Part shown: one piece after another, positions 1 through 7,799 of the stretch | Layout: each line of letters begins with the position of its first letter | Position numbering within the stretch: the first letter of the stretch is position 1 | Virus record (IMG/VR): IMGVR_UViG_3300007177_000160 | Location: 1-64,000 of that record | DNA from: a virus | DNA: 64,000 bases | Reading direction: 5' to 3' (one strand) | Position numbers and translations under genes: made by a program | Notes under the pieces: model-generated | Told to the model about the DNA's origin: nothing | Databases searched by the model: none | The model's input: only the letters and a program-made list of their open reading frames with translations

Positions 1-1359
1 TTGAGATTGTTTATATGGGTCAGTTCCTGCTGTGTATAGTCCATACGGAGCATCAGCAATTGGATATTCCCAAATAACTACACAACCTTCTAAGTCATCG
101 GCTGGTTTAACTGGAAAGTTCACAACAGGTTTTTTATCAGTAAACCTATGTTTAACCTTACCTTCTGTTGTGTAGTAAAGTTCTACGTTGTCGCCTTCAA
201 TATTATTATTGACTAGTTTTTGTAATTGGTCTTGAAGTAAGTCTACGGGGAAAATGTTCTGCGACATTTCCATAAAACACTCCTCGTGCGTGAGTGGGTA
301 GTACATTACTTCTTTTAGGTAGGCTTCTAAACCAGAGGCTTTTTTTACCTGCTCCCTGTTTTTAAGAATCATCTCCTTACCTTTATCTTGGTCTGATACC
401 CAAATAGTAATATGATCTAATTCTGAAGCCTCTTCTTTTCCTAAATAAAGACCTAATGGAGTAGGCTCTTTTGGAACTTTTAACGAACGTGTTCCAGGAA
501 CAAAGAGTCCGTAAGACTTACCAGTCTCATTTGTTTCTACAGAAAGAAAGTTATAAGCTTCTGGGTTATTAAAAAGTTCTTCTAAGTCCCCTGCTTTCGT
601 CATATCCCCCGACGTTCCAATTACAATAGGAGAACAACGCCAGCCATACGGTGAGTCAAAACAAGGAATGGTTGCAGCCAAGCAGTTTAGGATTCTGCCC
701 TTACCTGCCTCCTCGAGCATAAATGAAGATAAGGTAAGACCTGCCGCTGCTTCCGTGTTATTGCCTTCGTCAAAGTTTCTAACGTGTATCTTGGACCACT
801 CGTGTCTTGCGTTGGTTTTTTTGTCTTTGTAACCAAGAGTTACTTGACGCTTCCAGTCATCTTCAATACGAGGGAATCTAAAATAATCAGGGAGGTTTCT
901 TAATATCAAATCTACGGCTTGAGTAGTATTATTCAAGTCGGGTTGGTTTAGAGCTGATATCAGATTGTCTCCTCCCTGAAGTGTAACTGCCTTGTGGGCT
1001 ATATACGACGAAGTAATAATTGTTTTAGAAATCCGTCGACTTCCTACAATTACTAATCCTTTTCTGGTCTCTGGATGGTTTTCTGCACGATGGATTGCGT
1101 CGTCAATTTCTAAGTAAGTATCCCACAATTGGGGCTTTCCTAGTTTTCTAATATTTCGACTTCCTATTTTTTCGTCAATGTATAATGCGCCAAAATTCAA
1201 ATGCCAATAGATAAATGGCGAAAAATAAAATCCATTGATAGTAACTCCTTCAGTTATTTTTTTGTCCTCAGCCTCCCAAAAAGCCTGATACTCCACAGAC
1301 TCTGGATCTGGAAGTCTCTTGACATTAATCAAAAACTCTGGACTATCTGGATTGTACAT
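1..1359 (-). CDS. terL: Terminase large subunit (partial, 3' end runs off window)
   Basis: Not in the ORF track. Manual translation from ATG at 1359 is open to position 1 (MYNPDSPEFLINVKRLPD...). Walker A-like GSRRISKT, Walker B FMLEEAG, coupling motif VIGTSG and nuclease start AGTDPY. Confidence 0.9.
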   Translation of the reverse strand, partial: MYNPDSPEFLINVKRLPDPESVEYQAFWEAEDKKITEGVTINGFYFSPFIYWHLNFGALYIDEKIGSRNIRKLGKPQLWDTYLEIDDAIHRAENHPETRKGLVIVGSRRISKTIITSSYIAHKAVTLQGGDNLISALNQPDLNNTTQAVDLILRNLPDYFRFPRIEDDWKRQVTLGYKDKKTNARHEWSKIHVRNFDEGNNTEAAAGLTLSSFMLEEAGKGRILNCLAATIPCFDSPYGWRCSPIVIGTSGDMTKAGDLEELFNNPEAYNFLSVETNETGKSYGLFVPGTRSLKVPKEPTPLGLYLGKEEASELDHITIWVSDQDKGKEMILKNREQVKKASGLEAYLKEVMYYPLTHEECFMEMSQNIFPVDLLQDQLQKLVNNNIEGDNVELYYTTEGKVKHRFTDKKPVVNFPVKPADDLEGCVVIWEYPIADAPYGLYTAGTDPYKQSQ

Positions 1360-1361
1360 AC

Positions 1362-1676
1362 TTAGAATTTTTTCATTTTACCATTAATCTCCTGAGATCC
1401 TCTTGCCTCAAGTTTTGCTTCTTCTTTCTCTCTTAGTTTGTCTACAACTTCTAGTAAAGAAAGATACTCTTTCATAGTGTCTCTCAGAGATTTGATTTGG
1501 CTTTCTATAGATGCAATAACCATAGGTATGGCTCCGCCCTTAGAAGTAGGCTTCCACTCTATACGGTCCTTTAATTCCGCTATAGGATTCTTGTCTACGT
1601 AATCTCTCCACTCGGCTAATTTTGACTCAGCCCACTCAAGTTCCGCAGATACGTATGTCTGTCTTTTATTCGCCAT
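1362..1676 (-). CDS. Helical protein directly upstream of terL; possible terminase small subunit
   Basis: 104 aa, coiled-coil, adjacent to terL; function inferred from position only. Confidence 0.45.
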   Translation of the reverse strand: MANKRQTYVSAELEWAESKLAEWRDYVDKNPIAELKDRIEWKPTSKGGAIPMVIASIESQIKSLRDTMKEYLSLLEVVDKLREKEEAKLEARGSQEINGKMKKF

Positions 1677-1881
1677 ATTTTTTTAAAAATTCTTGATAGG
1701 ATAAATTCATAAAGTCTTCCAACAACGTAGAGTAAAAATCTTCGTTCTTGCCCCTCTGAGAATATTGATAGCCTGCTTTCCAAAAAACTTTTACTGTAGA
1801 AAGCAAAGCATCTTGAAAAGTCTTAGGCGACTCAATGATTTCCTTTTTATTGAAGGTTGACTTAGGTTGGTTGGTTTCCAT
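1666..1881 (-). CDS. Hypothetical protein
   Basis: 71-aa ORF tightly packed in the late operon. Confidence 0.7.
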   Translation of the reverse strand: METNQPKSTFNKKEIIESPKTFQDALLSTVKVFWKAGYQYSQRGKNEDFYSTLLEDFMNLSYQEFLKKYGE

Positions 1882-1888
1882 TGTCTAA

Positions 1889-2035
1889 TTACTTTTTAAT
1901 AGCTTTCGCTACGTTGATTTTACCATCGTGCGGCATGATGTAAAGTTCTACGCCACACTTGGTGCCTTGTTTGCCTCCACAGCCGTTAGTGATAGTAGGC
2001 TTTTGTTGTCCTTGGGTTTTGGTGTTGTTATTCAT
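1889..2035 (-). CDS. Small hypothetical protein (48 aa), not in ORF track
   Basis: MNNNTKTQGQQKPTITNGCGGKQGTKCGVELYIMPHDGKINVAKAIKK; fills the gap exactly and overlaps the stop of the upstream gene. Confidence 0.65.
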   Translation of the reverse strand: MNNNTKTQGQQKPTITNGCGGKQGTKCGVELYIMPHDGKINVAKAIKK

Positions 2036-2402
2036 ATTTAGTCCATTTAGGTTCTAGTTGTTTATCTGGATTATCTTCGTTCCAGTCTACGATACCACAA
2101 TCCGAAGAAAGGGACGAGGTTTTGATTTCGAGGATGCAGCCACAAAGCGAACAGTGTAACTCAGGTCGGGCTGTGTTGTAGTGCTTTCCTGTAAGTTCGA
2201 CATATTCCTGGGATAGTCTCGCATTTTGAGAATTGTAGGGACATCCAAGACAACGTTCCATTCGATCTGCAATGATTTCTTTCTTTTCATCACTCAATAG
2301 TCTAAAATGGTTCGCTACCTTGTTCGTCATCCCATGCAAAATCTTGTCCGCATTCTGGAACCCTTTTTTGCTCAAGTTCAGGTATTCTTTGAATAGATTC
2401 AT
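2028..2402 (-). CDS. Cys-rich, probably zinc-binding protein
   Basis: CxxCP...CxxCGC...C motifs with a C-terminal KW. Confidence 0.7.
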   Translation of the reverse strand: MNLFKEYLNLSKKGFQNADKILHGMTNKVANHFRLLSDEKKEIIADRMERCLGCPYNSQNARLSQEYVELTGKHYNTARPELHCSLCGCILEIKTSSLSSDCGIVDWNEDNPDKQLEPKWTKYE

Positions 2403-2859
2403 ATAATTCGGTTAGTTTCTTGTCTATGTGTTCTAGTCTAGCTAAACGATTTGCGTAGACGGCCTCATTAATATCTCCCTCAACTCGCATGCGTTCAATC
2501 CTTTCTTTAAAAGATTTCATTGCAGTCATTAGTTGATTACAACGATAAACTAAGTAAGCAGCAGTAGGTTTTTCAAATTTATTCTCAAGCTCATCAAAGT
2601 AGCGAGCCAAAGATTCTTCTAATCCAAAAACACATCTGCCTAAACCTTTTGTGCCTTCAGTTAAATTTATCTTAAGCATGCCGAGATTCTTAAAGAAAAC
2701 CTGAAGACTAGGTTCTTCTTCAATTTGCTGCAAACTCTTCCCAAGATACCAAGTGTATACCGCATCAACATTATTGACAGTAGTCTTTAATTCTTTGGCT
2801 ACGGAAGAATAAAAACCATATACTCTAAATTCTATTTCACTTGGAGCTGTTATTGCCAT
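2302..2859 (-). CDS. Hypothetical protein
   Basis: 185-aa ORF in the late operon. Confidence 0.7.
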   Translation of the reverse strand: MAITAPSEIEFRVYGFYSSVAKELKTTVNNVDAVYTWYLGKSLQQIEEEPSLQVFFKNLGMLKINLTEGTKGLGRCVFGLEESLARYFDELENKFEKPTAAYLVYRCNQLMTAMKSFKERIERMRVEGDINEAVYANRLARLEHIDKKLTELYESIQRIPELEQKRVPECGQDFAWDDEQGSEPF

Positions 2860-2860
2860 A

Positions 2861-3220
2861 TTATGCTGTTTGTTCGACTGGTACCTGAACTTCTGGTTTC
2901 TTTAAATCTTCGGTACTAAGAATTAAAGTTATAGTAGCTTGGTTCTTGCTTTGTAGACGAAGTTTTGGATTAATTACATTTTTCTCTAACAAACCAAGTT
3001 TCCTGAGTTTAGTGATAGCGTTAGAGATTACCTGCGTAGAAGTTTCATGCTTTGCAGCTAGTTCGTCCTTAATCTCTTTGTTGATAGTTCCATGATAAGA
3101 ACTAAAAGCCAAGATGCTGGTGTACAAATTAGATAATCTATAGCCAGCAACTCTGAGTAAAATGTCTATGTAGGACTGGTGCAGTTCCACGCCTTTGTCG
3201 TATTTTCTTGCTACTTTCAT
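2861..3220 (-). CDS. Putative HTH DNA-binding protein
   Basis: IKDELAAKHETSTQVISNAITKLRKLGLL resembles a winged HTH; has its own promoter at 3235-3266. Confidence 0.6.
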   Translation of the reverse strand: MKVARKYDKGVELHQSYIDILLRVAGYRLSNLYTSILAFSSYHGTINKEIKDELAAKHETSTQVISNAITKLRKLGLLEKNVINPKLRLQSKNQATITLILSTEDLKKPEVQVPVEQTA

Positions 3221-3234
3221 TGGTTGGTTTTAAA

Positions 3235-3266
3235 CAAAGATAATATAGTGATAAAAAAAGTCAAGT
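3235..3266 (-). promoter_or_regulatory. Bacteroidota-type promoter ACTTGA-N18-TAnnTTTG
   Basis: Plus strand reads CAAAGATA(3235)-N18-TCAAGT; same spacing at 6029, 11486 and 12541. Confidence 0.75.
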
Positions 3267-3344
3267 TAAAAGTTATAATATCCTAAGTTAATGTTTAATT
3301 ATAACATAAAATATTAATAGCAAAAAATAAAGATTAATTTATAT

Positions 3345-3614
3345 TTGTGTATGCTCAAAAGAAAACTCCCAACTAAGGACGAAGTATTTGCAGCCCTCAA
3401 AGAGGAACTAGACGAATACGGTGTAGTTATATCAGGCAATATTTCAGCATTTAAAGTTGAGCTTCATAAATCCTTTAAGAAATTTCTAGGCAAGCAGCCG
3501 TACAAAGACAAGCACCTGTACGAGTTTGTCTTTATGGCAGTAGATGACTTGCTAGAAGAAGAACTTCCCTCACAGGTTTCTGATTGTGCACCCGAAGCAC
3601 GCGCTACAAAATAA
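3345..3614 (+). CDS. Hypothetical protein (divergently transcribed)
   Basis: 89-aa ORF preceded by TATATTTG; real start probably the ATG at 3351. Confidence 0.6.
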   Translation: MCMLKRKLPTKDEVFAALKEELDEYGVVISGNISAFKVELHKSFKKFLGKQPYKDKHLYEFVFMAVDDLLEEELPSQVSDCAPEARATK

Positions 3615-3663
3615 TTGTGCAGCATCCTGTTGCACTTCTTGAATTTTCTTTCTAATATTGCAG

Positions 3664-3970
3664 TGACACCATCTTACCAGGTGATCGCCTGTGAGGGCAC
3701 GATTGTGAAGTAGCAGGCCAGAAGTCGGATAGTAGTTTGCAGGCATCGACCACATAGCAGACGAGGTTTCTCCGATAGTGTCAAAAAAGGTAGTTATTTG
3801 AAAGGTACAGTGCCATACCCTAGCACAGCTAGGCAACAGGGTGGACACAATATGGACTCATTGTCGACAGCTCTGCGTAGCTTCGACAGCGTTTGGTAAA
3901 CAAGCTGATTGGAATGTAGGATTCGCTCTCTTCCCTTCTTGTCGAGACTGCTGTACTATAAGATTGCTAT
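3664..3970 (+). ncRNA. Candidate ~300-nt structured non-coding RNA
   Basis: Upstream promoter GTTGCA-N18-TAATATTG (3629-3660), downstream terminator, higher GC than its surroundings, many nested stems, no credible ORF. Confidence 0.6.
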
Positions 3971-3980
3971 TAAATAAAAA

Positions 3981-4010
3981 TACCCTGGCAAAACTTGTTT
4001 GCCTAGGGTA
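3981..4010. terminator. Hairpin terminator between convergent units
   Basis: TACCCTGGCAAA...TTTGCCTAGGGTA flanked by an A-run. Confidence 0.7.
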
Positions 4011-4031
4011 CTTCTATATTTGGAAACTACC

Positions 4032-4397
4032 TTATTTTAAACGTTGAATTTCTGCACCAATTTGTTGAGCTGTAAATGATGCTTTCATTCCGATTCCAGC
4101 TTCCCAACGTTTTACTTCTACACCGTCTTTGAAAAAGACTACAGTGGGGAGGGTGACAATCTTATGCTTAGACTTTGCTAAGGGGTTCTTAGCTATGTCT
4201 ACTTCTTGATAAGCACACCACTTGATTGTTTCAAATCCAGTTACGTTAGGGGAACTGTGCCAACTAGCATTAAACTGTACTAACACATATTTAGATGCCG
4301 CTGGGTTAAACGGAGCAGGCTGTGCGGTTTCTGTTGTAAAGATTGCAGCTACAAAAGCTACAATGAATAAAGAAAAGATTCCTAGGATTGTTTTCAT
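4032..4397 (-). CDS. Exported thioredoxin-fold protein lacking CxxC
   Basis: Signal peptide; VLVQFNASW...VDI...IVTLPTVVFFKDG thioredoxin pattern; WHSSP in place of WCxxC. Confidence 0.75.
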   Translation of the reverse strand: MKTILGIFSLFIVAFVAAIFTTETAQPAPFNPAASKYVLVQFNASWHSSPNVTGFETIKWCAYQEVDIAKNPLAKSKHKIVTLPTVVFFKDGVEVKRWEAGIGMKASFTAQQIGAEIQRLK

Positions 4398-4399
4398 AA

Positions 4400-4705
4400 T
4401 TAAAGTTTGTCTTCAAGTCTTTTAATTCGTTGGTCGTGCTGTTCAATCATTTTACGAGCTATCTCGTCTTTCATGTTATACTCTTGTCTAGAAGGTGGCC
4501 ATGTTTCTTTTGCAGCAGGATCGGAAGGATCTACTTGGTAGAACCCTTTTCCTGGCTTCATAGCATTTACTTTCTCTTCTATACGTGCATCAATGCTTGC
4601 ATCAAAAGCATACCAAGCACCGATAAGCGTAGCAACACCTGCAACAATAGCTGCAAGTGTCTTAACGCTTATTTTGAATTTTAGATCTTCGTTTAATTCT
4701 TCCAT
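4400..4705 (-). CDS. Single-TM membrane protein (lysis region)
   Basis: N-terminal TM helix and C-terminal coiled coil. Confidence 0.6.
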   Translation of the reverse strand: MEELNEDLKFKISVKTLAAIVAGVATLIGAWYAFDASIDARIEEKVNAMKPGKGFYQVDPSDPAAKETWPPSRQEYNMKDEIARKMIEQHDQRIKRLEDKL

Positions 4706-4773
4706 TTTTATAAATGCGATTTCCTATGTAGGCTAATTGAAAATAAAAAGCAATGAAAAGTATTACGACCCCA

Positions 4774-5466
4774 TCACTTCTTTTTGGTTGAAGGTTTCTT
4801 AGCAGCCTTACGTGCTTCATCCTTCTTCTCTCCTATTGCTTTGTGCTCAGGAAAGATGTCAGATGATTCTAGCAAGGTATAAGAGAACAGGTTGCCGTGT
4901 ACTAGGCGGGCTTTTTTGATGATGTCCATAAACTGCAAGAAGTCTTTTTGACGCTTGAATACTTGACATCCCTCAGACCAGTTCTCAACAAAGGTAGAGT
5001 CTGCTCCTGCCATGTGAATGTTTACTCCACAGTTAGAACACTCGGTAATTTTGTCTTTGTCAAACTCAAGGTCTTTGTCCCCATCTCTGTATAGTTTAAG
5101 GTTTCCTACCTGACGTAAAGCCTCGTATTTGCCTTGGTGTAGTCCAATTGCGTGAGATTTGCGATACTGTCCAGGAACCAAGAAAGCAACTCCGCCTACA
5201 GCCTTGCCTTGAAGCATACCTTTTTTACCAGGTTCTGTAGTAGCTTGCCATTGATGAAATTTCCATACACCGTACTCTTTGTAAGCCAAAGTAAGGGTAT
5301 CATCGAATAAGTTGGTTACTTCGCTTCCTGGAGCCACGTTACGTACTCCGATGATATTTACATCGTAGCTTTTGTTTTCGTCGTCGTTAAACCAAGTGTA
5401 GCCCTTATCTAGGACAACTTGTTTTATTTGTTCTAAAGTGTAATTCATAATTGTAAAATTAATCAA
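4774..5466 (-). CDS. Putative endolysin, YkuD/L,D-transpeptidase-like cysteine peptidase
   Basis: GVNIH...NWSEGCQV matches the H...SxGC catalytic motif; basic C-terminal tail; lies among membrane/lysis genes. Confidence 0.65.
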   Translation of the reverse strand: MINFTIMNYTLEQIKQVVLDKGYTWFNDDENKSYDVNIIGVRNVAPGSEVTNLFDDTLTLAYKEYGVWKFHQWQATTEPGKKGMLQGKAVGGVAFLVPGQYRKSHAIGLHQGKYEALRQVGNLKLYRDGDKDLEFDKDKITECSNCGVNIHMAGADSTFVENWSEGCQVFKRQKDFLQFMDIIKKARLVHGNLFSYTLLESSDIFPEHKAIGEKKDEARKAAKKPSTKKK

Positions 5467-5698
5467 ACATAGGGTATTCTCCTGCGTAGCAGATAATATA
5501 ATGAATACCTTCTACTTGAGCGTCTTTTAAGTTAGGCAGTGCAAAGTTGTGTACTCCATCTCCTCCATACTTGGTACCAAGGATAGAAAAAAGTGCAGGG
5601 TAATCATGGATAGGCAATAAGCGACCATCACACAAGAACCAGTACATAGGTACTCTGTATCCTGCAAACAATAAGATTTGTCCAATAGTTCCTTCCAT
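5459..5698 (-). CDS. Stand-alone phage tail collar domain protein
   Basis: IGQILLFAG...WFLCDG...YPALFSILGTKYGGDG...FALPNL. Confidence 0.9.
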   Translation of the reverse strand: MEGTIGQILLFAGYRVPMYWFLCDGRLLPIHDYPALFSILGTKYGGDGVHNFALPNLKDAQVEGIHYIICYAGEYPMFD

Positions 5699-5700
5699 AA

Positions 5701-6006
5701 TTAAAGAGTTTCAGAAGTTGAAGATGAGTCGTTTTTCTTGGTTCCAAATGCTTTAATAGCACGGTCTACATTAGTAAAACCAGCCAAGAATAAAATAACC
5801 GTAACCACTGCATCAGTAAGATGCTCAGAGGGCTGTATGCTTTCGTGAGTAACAGCACTAGCCACAAAACCAAATCCAAGACAAGCAACCAGAAAGAGCA
5901 TGCTTAATCTTTTAGATGAAGCCTCCCCATCAGCATCTGCCAAGAAAGCTTTAATCCAACTAAATAACTTGGAAAATGCTTTTCCGATAGAATTTAATAA
6001 TTTCAT
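5701..6006 (-). CDS. Putative holin (2 TM)
   Basis: SSKR motif followed by two TM helices; upstream of the lysin. Confidence 0.55.
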   Translation of the reverse strand: MKLLNSIGKAFSKLFSWIKAFLADADGEASSKRLSMLFLVACLGFGFVASAVTHESIQPSEHLTDAVVTVILFLAGFTNVDRAIKAFGTKKNDSSSTSETL

Positions 6007-6028
6007 AAATGTTAACTTTGATTGTTAA

Positions 6029-6060
6029 CAAATATAAAGTTTTAAAAAAATAAGTCAAGT
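6029..6060 (-). promoter_or_regulatory. Promoter ACTTGA-N18-TATATTTG
   Basis: CAAATATA at 6029 and TCAAGT at 6055. Confidence 0.75.
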
Positions 6061-6070
6061 AAGATGCAAC

Positions 6071-7798
6071 TTACAGTAATGCAGCAAGTTGTGAACCAGT
6101 TGTTTGAGGTGTAGCTACGTTCTTTAATCGCATACCTATACTGTTCTCTACAGTAATGTTGGCTACCAGATAATCCCACACAGATGCAGCGGTAAGTACG
6201 GCTGTTCCAAAAGTATTATCTACTGCTACTCCATAGGTTACTTGGTTAGGATGAGGCATACGCAAAGTTCCTGTCAGACTTCCGTAACCGTAAGTTGTTC
6301 CAAAACGTACATTTGCAACTGCTGGTAAATCAGATCCTACTTCTGGTGAGTTTAGTCTGGTTGTAGGAGCAGCTGCTGCTGGCGGTAATGCACCATTGGT
6401 AGAGCTGTCTCTGAACTCATAGTACGAGCCAAGGGTTCGTTGATAGTGCATACGAGCTACATAAAATGGTTGGATACCATTTGCAGAAGAAATAAATGGT
6501 CCACTAAAAATATTAATTGCACTACCACTAGTGTTTTGAATTGCAGGCAGACCTGATCCACCGATAATTGATCCTATTACTTTTAAATACCAGGCAGGAT
6601 TACTTGTGCTGCCAATAGCTGCATTATTTCCTAAAGAAGTTCCTTGTGGACCCGTCACAGTACCAACAACATTAATAATATCATTAGCACTAGGAATAAA
6701 CGCAAAATCATAAACCTGATTTGTAGCAGCAGCTGTAACATTACCTGTAATATTAATAACATTACTTCCAAACGAAATAAATGTTTGCTTGGTAGATCCA
6801 CCTCCAGAGACATTTGCTTCAACATTTCCTGTAATGTTTATGGTATTTCCTGTACCTACGCCCAAAATACTTCTTGTTGTAATAGAACCACCAGTCTTTC
6901 GAACCGTACCTACAATATTTGTTGTACCACAGTTATTAGCTATATACAAAGCTCTTTCAGCATTTCCGTCAAGAATACCATTAAAGTTTAATGTACCATT
7001 ACCTGATTTAAACATGTACGCTTGTGAAGTCAAAGTGGAACCTGAGTAGATATTAGCATTAACAGTAGCTGTTCCTGTGCCGTTATATACCAAACAGTTA
7101 GTAGTACCTGCAGTATTTGCAACTAAACCTGATGAAGCATTTGTCAACGTTACTGTATAATCACCCGTAAGCACAAATCCACCGCCTGCTACTGATGCAA
7201 CTGTACTATCTACACCTTCGTAAAAACTTAAATCTCTAACACTAGTGTAAGCAGTCCCTCCATTATTTGCGGTAATGTTTAATCGATACTTTATATAAGT
7301 ATTAGGATTGACAAAACTTCTAGTGATAATACCTGCAGGACTATTTACAACAGTGTCTAAAATAATCCAGGAAGTACCATCCCAACCTTCAAATGTCCAG
7401 TTTTTAGCATTGTAGTTACTGCCATCTCCGTTTACCACGTATGCTGTTATATTTTTTAAGGATGTAAACTGGTACGCCACCCATCCAGTAATCGTACCTG
7501 GTCCAGTAAACCATGAAGTTCCAGTGTTTCTATCAAACACCTGGAATGCTCTATAACCTGAATTAAATTCCCCACTAAATGTTACTATTCCAGATGGAGT
7601 AATGTCGCCCGTCATTAACGGAACAGCACTCACAGGATTCGCAACAGTATTAGTTAACAAATCAACATCAATGTTTTGGTCTATCGTTACTGTAAATCCA
7701 TTAGAAGCAACGGTATCTCCAGGCGCAGGTAACGCACCTGCGTTCCAAGTCGATGGACTCGACCAGTTTCCATTTGCTACAGCGACTCTTAAACCCAT
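6071..7798 (-). CDS. Tail/virion protein with discoidin (F5/8 type C)-like domain, paralog 2
   Basis: AFQVFD...W...WVAYQF...KNWTFEGWDGTSW...YRLNITA; G/T/N-rich beta repeats. Confidence 0.75.
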   Translation of the reverse strand: MGLRVAVANGNWSSPSTWNAGALPAPGDTVASNGFTVTIDQNIDVDLLTNTVANPVSAVPLMTGDITPSGIVTFSGEFNSGYRAFQVFDRNTGTSWFTGPGTITGWVAYQFTSLKNITAYVVNGDGSNYNAKNWTFEGWDGTSWIILDTVVNSPAGIITRSFVNPNTYIKYRLNITANNGGTAYTSVRDLSFYEGVDSTVASVAGGGFVLTGDYTVTLTNASSGLVANTAGTTNCLVYNGTGTATVNANIYSGSTLTSQAYMFKSGNGTLNFNGILDGNAERALYIANNCGTTNIVGTVRKTGGSITTRSILGVGTGNTINITGNVEANVSGGGSTKQTFISFGSNVINITGNVTAAATNQVYDFAFIPSANDIINVVGTVTGPQGTSLGNNAAIGSTSNPAWYLKVIGSIIGGSGLPAIQNTSGSAINIFSGPFISSANGIQPFYVARMHYQRTLGSYYEFRDSSTNGALPPAAAAPTTRLNSPEVGSDLPAVANVRFGTTYGYGSLTGTLRMPHPNQVTYGVAVDNTFGTAVLTAASVWDYLVANITVENSIGMRLKNVATPQTTGSQLAALL

Positions 7799-7799
7799 A

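Noticed and set aside
3570-4047. ORFs 3570-3848 (-) and 3841-4047 (+)
   Set aside because: Atypical composition and non-ATG starts; they overlap a structured, promoter/terminator-bounded region better explained as ncRNA.
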